Positions 19,984 to 29,191 of a stretch of DNA of 64,000 nucleotides are shown piece after piece. The translations under genes and the position numbers were made by a program. This DNA comes from a virus. The stretch covers positions 116,862 through 180,861 of IMG/VR virus record IMGVR_UViG_3300008110_000034; one strand, 5' to 3'. The notes beneath the pieces are model-generated. The model worked only from the letters and a program-made list of their open reading frames with translations. It was not told the DNA's origin and did not search any database. Position 1 is the stretch's first letter. The number at the start of each line of letters is the position of its first letter.

Positions 19984-20367
19984 ATGAAAATTTACGAAAT
20001 TATCACTGAAGCAAAAGTAAAACAGGCTAAAATGACCAAGCGTCAAAATCAACCTACTCGAGGTGTTCATACTTTTGGGGATGCTGAACGGGCTAACAGT
20101 GACTATGTTCAATTTCGTGTGGGCATGGCATTGGCTAGTACTGACGGAAAAACTAAACCTAATATAGATGCTAAAAGTTGGATTGGTAAACGTAAAGCCG
20201 CATTTCCCTATACAAAAGAAGAAGCAGACATGCTCAAGATGGCCTACAAAGCCGCTGGCGCCGACTATCAAGATGTTAATGACGGCGATATGAATAGTAA
20301 AGAATTAAACACTACAAATAAAGTAAGCCCTGTCGCTAAACCAAAACGCAACAAATACGGAGTCTAA
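19984..20367 (+). CDS. Hypothetical, probable capsid-internal protein
   Basis: Likely start MKIYEIITE|AK resembles the T4 capsid-targeting sequence; basic protein. Confidence 0.55.
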   Translation: MKIYEIITEAKVKQAKMTKRQNQPTRGVHTFGDAERANSDYVQFRVGMALASTDGKTKPNIDAKSWIGKRKAAFPYTKEEADMLKMAYKAAGADYQDVNDGDMNSKELNTTNKVSPVAKPKRNKYGV

Positions 20368-20371
20368 TTTG

Positions 20372-20400
20372 TTGACAAGTTAAACAAAATATAATAAATT
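20372..20400 (+). promoter_or_regulatory. Sigma70-type promoter for dNMP kinase
   Basis: TTGACA-N17-TAAATT. Confidence 0.6.
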
Positions 20401-20418
20401 ATAGTGCTAGGAGGCACT

Positions 20419-21066
20419 ATGATTGTTGGATTTGTTGGTTTCATTGGTTCAGGTAAAGACACTGCTGCGGACTATCTAGTTAATTTTCACGGATTTAGAA
20501 GAGACAGTTTTGCATCAACATTAAAAGATGCAGTAGCTTGTATTTTTGGCTGGGATAGGACTCTGCTAGAAGGGCGCACTAAAGAAAGCAGAGAATGGCG
20601 TGAGCAAGAAGATGCTTGGTGGTCAACTCGTTTAGATATGAAAATAACTCCTAGATGGATATTGCAAAACTGGGGTACAGAAGTTTGTCGTAACGGATTC
20701 CATTCAGATATTTGGATTGCAAGCTTAGAAAATAAGATCCGCAAAACTCAAGATAATATTGTTATTACAGATGTTCGCTTTCCTAACGAAATAACTGCAA
20801 TTAAAAATGCAGGCGGAAAAGTGTTTAGAATTAAAAGAGGTCCGGACCCTGATTGGTTTGAGGATGCTATAAACTATAATCAAGGACCTACAAACATGCG
20901 CTGGGCACTAAGTAAAATGCATTTATCTCAATTACAAGTGCATGCCAGCGAAAGTAGTTGGATTGGGAATAAAAATATAAGTGTAGAAATTGATAACAAC
21001 GGTACTATTGATGACCTATTCCAACAACTTAAAAATCAGGTACAAGATCACCCTGCCGCCACTTAA
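20419..21066 (+). CDS. Deoxynucleoside monophosphate kinase (T4 gp1-like)
   Basis: GFIGSGKDT P-loop, SFASTLKDAV, PRWILQNWGTEVCR, ITDVRFPNE; GGAGG SD. Confidence 0.92.
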   Translation: MIVGFVGFIGSGKDTAADYLVNFHGFRRDSFASTLKDAVACIFGWDRTLLEGRTKESREWREQEDAWWSTRLDMKITPRWILQNWGTEVCRNGFHSDIWIASLENKIRKTQDNIVITDVRFPNEITAIKNAGGKVFRIKRGPDPDWFEDAINYNQGPTNMRWALSKMHLSQLQVHASESSWIGNKNISVEIDNNGTIDDLFQQLKNQVQDHPAAT

Positions 21067-21370
21067 TGCCTTCTTTGTGTAAAATTCTTTGACAATTAGC
21101 ACATACTGTTTTTAAGTTTGAAAATTTAGTGTTGTTAGCATCGCCATCTACATGAAAAACATTAAACTGTTCTAAGTGTTTAGATTTAAAGCCGCATTTT
21201 TCACAGAAGTCTTTTTGCCTATAACCGTCTCTATACCACTTAGGAGATCCTTTGGCTACCCCATTATATCGAATACACACATCGCATTTTTTGCGATAGA
21301 ATATCCTATCATTTTTTTTATAATTTATTGCTGCGGGTCTTTGACCGCAAATACATAAAGGTCGATGCAT
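21029..21370 (-). CDS. Zinc-binding HNH-like protein
   Basis: CxC/CxxC pairs and HVDGD..N...NL.TVCANC; TAAATA 5 nt upstream on the minus strand. Confidence 0.7.
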   Translation of the reverse strand: MHRPLCICGQRPAAINYKKNDRIFYRKKCDVCIRYNGVAKGSPKWYRDGYRQKDFCEKCGFKSKHLEQFNVFHVDGDANNTKFSNLKTVCANCQRILHKEGIKWRQGDLVPDF

Positions 21371-21472
21371 ATTATTATTTATTGCCCTTTTTGGTGCCTT
21401 TTCTCGTTGAATATCCTATATCTTTTTTACCAAATGCGGTAAATAAATGTAGATTACCATTAGGAGAATACA

Positions 21473-24400
21473 ATGGCCTTAAGCTCACCCGGCGTACAAG
21501 TAACAGTTATCGATGAAAGTTTTTATACTCCTGCAGAACCAGGAACTACACCACTAGTTGTAGTTGCTAGTGCCGAAAATAAAAAGAACGGCGCAGGAAC
21601 AGGAACTGCACCTGGAACACTAAAAGCAAATGCAGGAAAAGTTTATACAATTACAAGCCAAAAAGATTTAGTTGACAACTTTGGAGATCCTGTATTTAAG
21701 ACAGACTCTAACAACAACCCAATTCATGCTGGCGAACAAAACGAATACGGATTACAAGCTGCATACAGCCTGTTAGGCGTAAGCAATCGTGCATTTGTAG
21801 TACGTGCAGATATTGATTTGAATCAATTAGATGCAAGTGCAGATGCACCAGCTGGTGAACCAGTTAATGGAACTTATTGGTTTGACACTGCTAGCAGTCT
21901 ATTCGGTATATTCCAATGGAATGGTGCAGCATCAACAACACCGGGCGGACAAAAATTTGAAAATAAAGTACCTCTTGTTATTACAGATCCTACAAAAGTA
22001 AGTTCTTTAGGCTATCCTGTCACTAGCATTGGTAAAATTGGTGATTATGCTATAGTAGCTACTACTAATGAAAACAAATTATATTACAGAGAAAGAACAG
22101 GAGCCTGGGTACAAGTAGGGGATGCGGAATGGTTCCAAGGCTGGCCAGTAGTAACAGGTAGTAAATCAATTGCAGTAGACGAAGAATTAACTTCAGGACA
22201 TAGTTTAATTATTAACGGTACTGAAGTTGTTGTTCCTAATATCCCTGATAATACTATTGGAGGATTAGCAGACGCAATTAATAATGAAGAAATTACAGGC
22301 ATTACCGCAGCCGTAATAGGCAATAAATTAGAAATTTATTGCAACGGACAAATTGGCGATGATATTGTCGAAGATGATGTATCAAACGCTGTAATTATAG
22401 AAATTGGAGAAGGTAATTTAATAGCATCTTCTGCAGCAGCTAGCGACATAGGAATTGCAGCTGACACATACTATGCTCCTAGATTCGTAATTGGACCACA
22501 TACATCAGTACCAACATTCAAGGCAACTGATTTAGCACCAAGACCAACAGGTTCTGTATGGTTAAAGACTACTGACCCTAATCTAGGTTCTAAGTGGAGA
22601 GTTAAAAAATACAACAGTACTTCAAAACTTTGGGAAACTATTGATTCCCCACTGTACACCTCTAATACTTCTGCACTAAAAGGTCTAGATCCAACTGGCG
22701 GCGGACAAAATCTAGCAGTAGGAACATTATATGTAAGACCAAACTGGACAGAAGCTGACGGTACTGATGCAACACCAAGACTTGGTAATTTTAAAATTTA
22801 TCGTCGTAGAGCTACAGGCGCAACAACTATTACTACAGACATTATTACAGGATCAACTTGGCCAGAAATTGAAGATGCTTACAGTTTTATATTAGCAGAA
22901 AGTCTTAAAGGCCAAGTTGCACTAGACACTGGCAAGATCCTTGAGTATGTTCCAACAGGAACAGCCGCAGAAGATGCAAATACCTTCGCCGGTATAATTA
23001 ATGATGCAGGATTTACAAATATTGTAGCAGAAGTTACTGCACAAAATAGAGTAGTAATTAAACATACACTTGGCGGCGAAATTAGATTTTTAGATGGCCT
23101 AGGAACTCCGTTAAATGCAGCCGGACTAACAGCTTATAATCCTTCAACAGGCACTGGAACTTTAAATTTATATACATTAACAGAAGATCCAGATTATGAA
23201 TTTGTAGCTTCTTTATGGGAACCTCTAGTATACACTGCTAGCGACTCTGAGCCAACAAGCTTAGCCGAAGACGGTCTGTTATGGTACAGTAGCGTCGTTG
23301 ACGAAGTTGATCTAATGGTACACGACGGCGATACTTGGGTAGGATATAGAAATTATCTTCCTGATACAGATGCTGACGGTCCTATTGTTGCTGCAACAGA
23401 GCCTACTTCACAATCTGATGGCGTAACTGCGTTAAAAGACGGTGATATTTGGATTGACACCAGTGATATTGAAAATTATCCAGTAATCTACAAGTACAAT
23501 GGAACCACTCTTGCATGGGACTTAGTAGATAAAACAGATCAAAGTACAGAGAATGGTATTTTATTTGCTGATGCACGTTACAATGTGTCAGGAGCATCAA
23601 GTGACGAACCAGGTACTATCACAGACATGCTGTTAAATGATTACTTAGATCCAGATGCACCTGATCCAGCACTATATCCTAAAGGAATGTTGCTATGGAA
23701 TCTACGTCGATCAGGGTTTAATGTAAAACGTTTTGTAAGAAATAGTGTTGATATTACTGACGAAAACATTCGCTTTGGTGACGAAAGTATGGCAGCATAT
23801 TATCCACACCGCTGGGTTACAGAATCCGGAAATCAAGAAAACGGTGCCGGTACATTTGGTCGCAAAGCACAGCGCAAAGTAATTGTACAGGCAATGCAGG
23901 CTTTAGTTAATTCTAATCAAGATATTCGCGATGAAGAAAGACTAGTGTTTAACTTACTAGCTGCACCTGGATATCCAGAACTAATTGGAGAACTAAACAG
24001 TCTTAACACAGATAGAGGCCTAACTGCATTTGTAGTTGGCGACAGTCCAGCAAGACTACCTGCTACTGGAACAGATTTATCTAATTGGGGACAGAATAAA
24101 GAACTAGCTGTTGAAGATAACGATCTTGGCCTAGTTAGTTTTGATGAATACCTAGGAGTATTTTATCCATGGGGATTCACAAGTGACAACTTTGGTAACA
24201 ATGTTGTAATTCCACCAAGTCACATGATTTTAAGAACTATTGCATTAAACGATCAAGTTGCTTATCCTTGGTTTGCTCCTGCTGGTACACGTAGAGGCGG
24301 AATTACTAATGCAACTGCTGTTGGGTACATTGACGGTGAAGGAGAATTCCGTTCTGTTGCACTCAATGAAGGCGTAAGAGATACTATGGCTAGCATCAAA

Positions 24401-24802
24401 GTTAATCCAATTACTTTCTTAACAGGTAGCGGACTAGTTAACTTTGGACAATATACTCGTGCAAGAAATGCTAGTGCATTGGATCGTATTAACGTAGCTC
24501 GTCTAGTAGTTTACCTACGCAGACAGTTAAATGCTCTTGCTAAACCTTATATCTTTGAACCAAATGATAAGATTACAAGAGATGAAATTAAAGCAGCAGT
24601 AGAAAGTTTACTGTTAGAGCTAGTAGGTCAGCGAGCACTTTACGATTATCTAGTAGTTTGTGATGAGTCAAACAATACACCAAGTAGAATTGATCGTAAC
24701 GAACTTTACGTTGATATTGCTATTGAACCAGTTAAAGCAGTGGAATTTATCTATATCCCACTACGCTTAAAGAACACTGGTGAAATTGCGAGTTTAGGCT
24801 AA
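21473..24802 (+). CDS. gp18: Tail sheath protein (1109 aa)
   Basis: SPGVQVTVIDES start; YPWFAPAGTRRG, KVNPI, SALDRINVARL, FEPNDKITR, IEPVKAVEFI. Confidence 0.95.
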   Translation: MALSSPGVQVTVIDESFYTPAEPGTTPLVVVASAENKKNGAGTGTAPGTLKANAGKVYTITSQKDLVDNFGDPVFKTDSNNNPIHAGEQNEYGLQAAYSLLGVSNRAFVVRADIDLNQLDASADAPAGEPVNGTYWFDTASSLFGIFQWNGAASTTPGGQKFENKVPLVITDPTKVSSLGYPVTSIGKIGDYAIVATTNENKLYYRERTGAWVQVGDAEWFQGWPVVTGSKSIAVDEELTSGHSLIINGTEVVVPNIPDNTIGGLADAINNEEITGITAAVIGNKLEIYCNGQIGDDIVEDDVSNAVIIEIGEGNLIASSAAASDIGIAADTYYAPRFVIGPHTSVPTFKATDLAPRPTGSVWLKTTDPNLGSKWRVKKYNSTSKLWETIDSPLYTSNTSALKGLDPTGGGQNLAVGTLYVRPNWTEADGTDATPRLGNFKIYRRRATGATTITTDIITGSTWPEIEDAYSFILAESLKGQVALDTGKILEYVPTGTAAEDANTFAGIINDAGFTNIVAEVTAQNRVVIKHTLGGEIRFLDGLGTPLNAAGLTAYNPSTGTGTLNLYTLTEDPDYEFVASLWEPLVYTASDSEPTSLAEDGLLWYSSVVDEVDLMVHDGDTWVGYRNYLPDTDADGPIVAATEPTSQSDGVTALKDGDIWIDTSDIENYPVIYKYNGTTLAWDLVDKTDQSTENGILFADARYNVSGASSDEPGTITDMLLNDYLDPDAPDPALYPKGMLLWNLRRSGFNVKRFVRNSVDITDENIRFGDESMAAYYPHRWVTESGNQENGAGTFGRKAQRKVIVQAMQALVNSNQDIRDEERLVFNLLAAPGYPELIGELNSLNTDRGLTAFVVGDSPARLPATGTDLSNWGQNKELAVEDNDLGLVSFDEYLGVFYPWGFTSDNFGNNVVIPPSHMILRTIALNDQVAYPWFAPAGTRRGGITNATAVGYIDGEGEFRSVALNEGVRDTMASIKVNPITFLTGSGLVNFGQYTRARNASALDRINVARLVVYLRRQLNALAKPYIFEPNDKITRDEIKAAVESLLLELVGQRALYDYLVVCDESNNTPSRIDRNELYVDIAIEPVKAVEFIYIPLRLKNTGEIASLG

Positions 24803-24829
24803 GCTAAATATATAAGATAGGAGCAACGA

Positions 24830-25456
24830 ATGGCTATTTCAACCTTAAACAAATTTACAGTTCCATTAGCTAGCAATCAGAGCAGCAGCTCACAAGGCAT
24901 GCTGATGCCTAAACTAAAATATCGCTTTAGAGTTAGTTTAGAAAATTTTGGAATTTCAACTCCAACTACTGATTTAACTAAGCAAGTTAAAGATGTTACA
25001 AGACCAACTGTAGCATTTGAAAAAATTACACTAGATATGTACAACTCAAGAGCATATCTAGCTGGTAAACATTCATGGACAGCAATAACAATTAACCTAC
25101 GAGATGATGTTACTGGATCAGTAGCAAAATTAGTAGGAGAGCAGTTACAGAAACAGTTTGATTTTTATGAGCAAAGTTCAGCAGCTAGTGGCGTTGATTA
25201 TAAATTTACAACTAGAATTGAAGTATTAGACGGTGGTAACGGAGCAAATGTTCCAACAGTGCTTGAGACCTGGGAATGTTACGGCTGCTACATTGAGAAC
25301 GCTAACTACGGTAACTTAGCATACTCAGAAAATGCAGAAGCAACAATTCAATTATCAATCGTCTATGATAATGCACAGCAAACACCACAAGGAACTGGTA
25401 TTGGTTCTGTAGTAGGAAGAACTGTAAGCACTTTAGTTACAGGCGCTGGAAAGTAA
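24830..25456 (+). CDS. gp19: Tail tube protein
   Basis: Directly after the sheath; KYRFRV, YLAGKHSW, ETWECYGCY, LSIVYDNA. Confidence 0.85.
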   Translation: MAISTLNKFTVPLASNQSSSSQGMLMPKLKYRFRVSLENFGISTPTTDLTKQVKDVTRPTVAFEKITLDMYNSRAYLAGKHSWTAITINLRDDVTGSVAKLVGEQLQKQFDFYEQSSAASGVDYKFTTRIEVLDGGNGANVPTVLETWECYGCYIENANYGNLAYSENAEATIQLSIVYDNAQQTPQGTGIGSVVGRTVSTLVTGAGK

Positions 25457-25461
25457 TAAGG

Positions 25462-25487
25462 AAAGGTCGCAAAAGCGGCCTTTTTTT
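25462..25487 (+). terminator. Rho-independent terminator after the tail tube gene
   Basis: AAAGGTCGC-AAAA-GCGGCCTTT plus T run. Confidence 0.85.
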
Positions 25488-25532
25488 ACGACCATTTATT
25501 ATATACGCAGTTAATGTTCAATAAATAATATT

Positions 25533-26624
25533 ATGGCAAACAAAGCACTGCGACAATTTATATCCGGAGTAACTAACCCAAAGGGGTATGTTGCTGATTT
25601 TAGACATGCAGCTAGAACCTTCACGGATGATACCTTTAGGCTCGCTCCTAAATTAAAGTTTAATTTTCACGTGGCGTTTTTTATTAACCCCTACGCTTTA
25701 AAAACTTTAAATTTAAGAGAACGACATAGATACGAAATTAATGTATTAGTTAAAAAAGCAGATCTTCCTAAATTTAGCATTCCGCTTGAAACAGCGAATC
25801 AATATAATAGAAAAAAATTAATACAAACTAAAATTGATTACCTGCCGCTGAATATTTCATTTCACGATGATAACTTGAATATAGTATCAACCATGTGGAA
25901 AAATTATTATAGCTACTATTATGCAGATCATAACACTGCACAATTAGATGACGGTGTTAGTACCTACATGAGAAGCGCAACACTAAATTCAAACTATAGT
26001 TCAAGATATAGATACGGGTTAGATAATAATTCTTCTATACCTTTCTTTGATAAAATTATATTATATCAAATGGGCAGAAAAACTTATCAAAGTTATACAT
26101 TAATGCGTCCGATGATTTCTGCATGGAATCATGATACTGTAGATTTTGGACAAAGCGGTGCAGTCGAAAATTCAATGACTATTAATTATGAAGGCGTACA
26201 CTACAAAGAAGGTGTAGTCTATAGAGGAGATCCAGTAGGATTTGCAGTTGATCATTATGATACCACACCTAGTCCTATTACACTAGCCGGTGGAGGTACA
26301 AGAACCTTATTTGGTCCTGCAGGTGTGCTAGCAGGAGCATCTAGTGTATTTGGTGATCTTTACGCTGCAAGTCAAGGTCAAAGTGTAAATCTATTTGCTA
26401 CAGCGATCAATGCTGTAAATACCTACAACAACACTTCACAACTAAGTGGTAGGGGTGTTAATGAGGAATTGACTAGAACTCTAATAACAGGCGTAACAGC
26501 CCTTGGAACGAACAGAGGCGCAGTAGGAACACAGGGTGTAAGCGGAACTAGAAATATTCAATTTCCTGTAAACGATGCAACTAATAACACTCCAGGTATA
26601 CTTAGAAATATAACGGGTAGATAA
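25533..26624 (+). CDS. Tail-tube-like baseplate protein (gp48/gp54-like)
   Basis: VKKADLPKF..ETANQYNRK...IDYLPLNISFHDD tube-fold motifs; position after the tube gene. Confidence 0.6.
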   Translation: MANKALRQFISGVTNPKGYVADFRHAARTFTDDTFRLAPKLKFNFHVAFFINPYALKTLNLRERHRYEINVLVKKADLPKFSIPLETANQYNRKKLIQTKIDYLPLNISFHDDNLNIVSTMWKNYYSYYYADHNTAQLDDGVSTYMRSATLNSNYSSRYRYGLDNNSSIPFFDKIILYQMGRKTYQSYTLMRPMISAWNHDTVDFGQSGAVENSMTINYEGVHYKEGVVYRGDPVGFAVDHYDTTPSPITLAGGGTRTLFGPAGVLAGASSVFGDLYAASQGQSVNLFATAINAVNTYNNTSQLSGRGVNEELTRTLITGVTALGTNRGAVGTQGVSGTRNIQFPVNDATNNTPGILRNITGR

Positions 26625-26625
26625 C

Positions 26626-26988
26626 ATGGCTAACTTTCCTACAAGTAATACTGATTCTTCAACTGAAGTCAAACAATTTTTTGACAAATATTTTAGACAT
26701 CAAATCACCTTTCCAACAAACCAAGTAGATGCAGTTATCGGATTCTTTATGAAACGAGGATTCGAAGAAGAATCTGCAAAGAGTACTGCAATTATTTTAT
26801 TAAATCAAGCAAAATTAGATAGCGTTAATGTTTTTGAACTATTAGACACTCTAAAGGGTTACACTGAAGTGCAATTAAGTCAGATTGTAACTGAAGTTGT
26901 AAATGCTTACAGAGAAAAAACTAGTTTATTAGGTTATAAAATATTCGAAGAAACAGAAACGCTTGATTCTAGAAACATAAGACAATGA
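26626..26988 (+). CDS. Hypothetical protein in the tail/head-completion cluster
   Basis: 120-aa ORF, ATGA-coupled to gp4. Confidence 0.55.
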   Translation: MANFPTSNTDSSTEVKQFFDKYFRHQITFPTNQVDAVIGFFMKRGFEEESAKSTAIILLNQAKLDSVNVFELLDTLKGYTEVQLSQIVTEVVNAYREKTSLLGYKIFEETETLDSRNIRQ

Positions 26989-27413
26989 GATTTGCAAGAG
27001 GCAAGTTCATACCTTCTAACCCAGAAAAGTATATAGGACATAAACAACCAACCTATAGATCAAGTTGGGAATGGACTTTTATGAGATTTTGCGACAACAA
27101 CGAAGCCATTCAAAAATGGGCATGTGAAGCAATTAGTATCCCTTACAGAGATCCCTTAACCGGTAGACAAACTATATACGTTCCGGATTTTTTTATACAA
27201 TATGTAGATAAAAACGGAAAAATGAATGTAGACCTCTTAGAAATTAAACCAGAAAATCAAACGATACTTGAAAAAGTAGGAAAGAATAAAGTAAATCAAG
27301 CTCAGTTTATAAAGAACAAAGCCAAATGGGAAGCAGCATACGCATGGTGCAAAAAACAAGGGATACGCTTTCGAGTTATCACAGAAAGAGAACTGTTTTA
27401 TAACGGAAGATAA
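26985..27413 (+). CDS. gp4: Head completion nuclease (TnsA-like PD-(D/E)xK)
   Basis: YRSSWE, WACEAISIPY, YVPDF, EIKP, KWEAA..WC, FRVITE. Confidence 0.9.
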   Translation: MRFARGKFIPSNPEKYIGHKQPTYRSSWEWTFMRFCDNNEAIQKWACEAISIPYRDPLTGRQTIYVPDFFIQYVDKNGKMNVDLLEIKPENQTILEKVGKNKVNQAQFIKNKAKWEAAYAWCKKQGIRFRVITERELFYNGR

Positions 27414-27421
27414 GTATTGAT

Positions 27422-27904
27422 ATGACAAAAAAGTTAGAAGAAATATTAAACTTGCCCGAAAGCAAAAAAATCATTAAAAAAGACGAGGATGCTGCTGTAC
27501 AGCCCGACGTGGTTCCTGCTCTATTAAGAGACATTGAAGACTTCGATAAAATTAGTGCAGCATTACCTCAGGTTAAAGGATTAGGTGATTTATCTGATAC
27601 AGAGTTTGATGATTTGGCTAAACGAGCAACTGATGCATATGACGATCTAATGGACTTAGGTATGAATGTTGAAGCTAGATATAGTGGAAGAATTTTTGAA
27701 GTTGCGGGCACTATGCTTAAAAATGCAATTGATGCTAAATCTGCAAAGATTGATAAAAAGCTAAAAATGATCGAATTGCAAATTAAAAAGCAAAAAGTTG
27801 ATCAAGATAACAGCGGTGATCGCGAAGGGATTAATCTTCCCACTAATACTTACATTGTGTCAGACCGTAACAGCCTATTAGAAAAATTGAAGAATATGAA
27901 ATAA
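27422..27904 (+). CDS. gp16: Terminase small subunit-like
   Basis: Helical AYDDLMDLG...RIFEVAGTMLKNAIDAK resembles the gp16 core; lies near the large terminase. Confidence 0.55.
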   Translation: MTKKLEEILNLPESKKIIKKDEDAAVQPDVVPALLRDIEDFDKISAALPQVKGLGDLSDTEFDDLAKRATDAYDDLMDLGMNVEARYSGRIFEVAGTMLKNAIDAKSAKIDKKLKMIELQIKKQKVDQDNSGDREGINLPTNTYIVSDRNSLLEKLKNMK

Positions 27905-27923
27905 ATACACTATAGGATTTGTT

Positions 27924-28562
27924 ATGAAAAATTTTAAAGAATATATCACTGAAAGCACAAAGGTTTACCCTTTTAAAGTTAAGATTGCAGGAGACATTCC
28001 TGAAAACTTTGAAAAAAACATGAAGTCTGCGCTATCAAAATTCAGCGTAGAAAGCATGAGTAAAGGTAAACGTACACCAATACAATCTACACCTTTAGAT
28101 TTTCCTAATTTAAAGGATACTGAAGTTACAATTTATGAAATCAATCTAAAATATCCAGTTACTAGCTACGGTTTAGCTGAATATATTTCTCATAACTTAG
28201 GCATTGTATCTGAAAAAGTAAGAGTTAGAAATCCTGCCGAACAAGCAGAAATAGATAAACAACAGGAACATTTATTAGATTCATTCAGCACAGATCCAAA
28301 AGGCTCATTATTAATGCAAGACTATGACACTGAGGATAATCAAAAAACTGTAGGCGATAAACGAATCAGTGAATTTATGAAAGAATTATCGGCAGTTAGA
28401 GGCAAACATTCTGGTATTAACTATACCGGAGTAAATGATCAAATACTTGCTGACGGTGCACCAAAAGAAAAAGAGCCACCAACAACTGAAGATACCGGTA
28501 AGACTAGCCCTGTTGGGTCTCGTCAAAATAAAATACCAGACCCACGTAAAGGAAAAAAATAA
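27924..28562 (+). CDS. Probable prohead core / capsid-internal protein
   Basis: N-terminus MKNFKEYITE closely matches the T4 IPIII targeting peptide MKTYQEFIAE. Confidence 0.55.
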   Translation: MKNFKEYITESTKVYPFKVKIAGDIPENFEKNMKSALSKFSVESMSKGKRTPIQSTPLDFPNLKDTEVTIYEINLKYPVTSYGLAEYISHNLGIVSEKVRVRNPAEQAEIDKQQEHLLDSFSTDPKGSLLMQDYDTEDNQKTVGDKRISEFMKELSAVRGKHSGINYTGVNDQILADGAPKEKEPPTTEDTGKTSPVGSRQNKIPDPRKGKK

Positions 28563-28563
28563 A

Positions 28564-29127
28564 ATGAATTGGCAAGATTTATATAAAAGAATTGCATTCT
28601 TAGATCAAGAAATCACCGAGGCAAAAGACAAAGGTGATATGGACAAAGACGGCGAAAATGAGCCTGATGACAAAGAATATCGTGACAACAAAGATGCAGC
28701 AATTAAAAAGGCGACCGGTGATAAAGAAGTAGACGAATCACTAGACGAATGTGGCCCAATGGGCAGTACTGGTTCACAACCAGACAACGTTAGTATGAAT
28801 GTTAGTTTAAACGGATCAGGCGCTGGCGGAATCCGAGATCTTATGGATGTTCTCCGAAGCATTGAAAAAGGAAATCACGATCACGATCACGATCAAGATT
28901 CCGACATGGACAAAATTGCATTAAAATTAAACAGTGAAAATGAAGAATTTGACAATGAGCCTAAACCAGAATATAAAGACATAAAATACATGACTAAAGA
29001 TATTTCCGGCGGACTGAACAAAGAACACGGACAATACAAAAAAGAGTATCCTGGCGATAATCCAATGGCAGTCAAACAATTAGAAAATAAACTAGGCGCA
29101 ATGTACGAAGCATATAAAAGTAGATAA
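28564..29127 (+). CDS. Acidic probable scaffold / internal head protein
   Basis: Likely start ATG 28564; D/E/K-rich, QEITE|AK protease-like site, HDHDHD tract. Confidence 0.5.
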   Translation: MNWQDLYKRIAFLDQEITEAKDKGDMDKDGENEPDDKEYRDNKDAAIKKATGDKEVDESLDECGPMGSTGSQPDNVSMNVSLNGSGAGGIRDLMDVLRSIEKGNHDHDHDQDSDMDKIALKLNSENEEFDNEPKPEYKDIKYMTKDISGGLNKEHGQYKKEYPGDNPMAVKQLENKLGAMYEAYKSR

Positions 29128-29150
29128 TAATATTTGACACAAAGTCATTC

Positions 29151-29176
29151 AAAAGCGGGTTATGCCCGCTTTTTTT
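29151..29176 (+). terminator. Rho-independent terminator
   Basis: AAAAGCGGG-TTATG-CCCGCTTTT plus T run. Confidence 0.85.
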
Positions 29177-29191
29177 ATCTTAAATACAGTT

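Noticed and set aside
21299-21419. 11-bp direct repeat GAATATCCTAT (21299 and 21409)
   Set aside because: Two AT-rich copies, one inside a coding region; compatible with chance
29134-29162. TTGACA upstream of terminase as a sigma70 promoter
   Set aside because: No -10 hexamer at 16-18 nt spacing; the region is a terminator followed by TAAATA
28435-29191. Longer N-termini given in the ORF track (28435, 29162; also 19209, 34968, 39153, 43960, 61047)
   Set aside because: Extensions overlap upstream genes, terminators or promoters; downstream ATGs fit SD, TAAATA or stop-start coupling better
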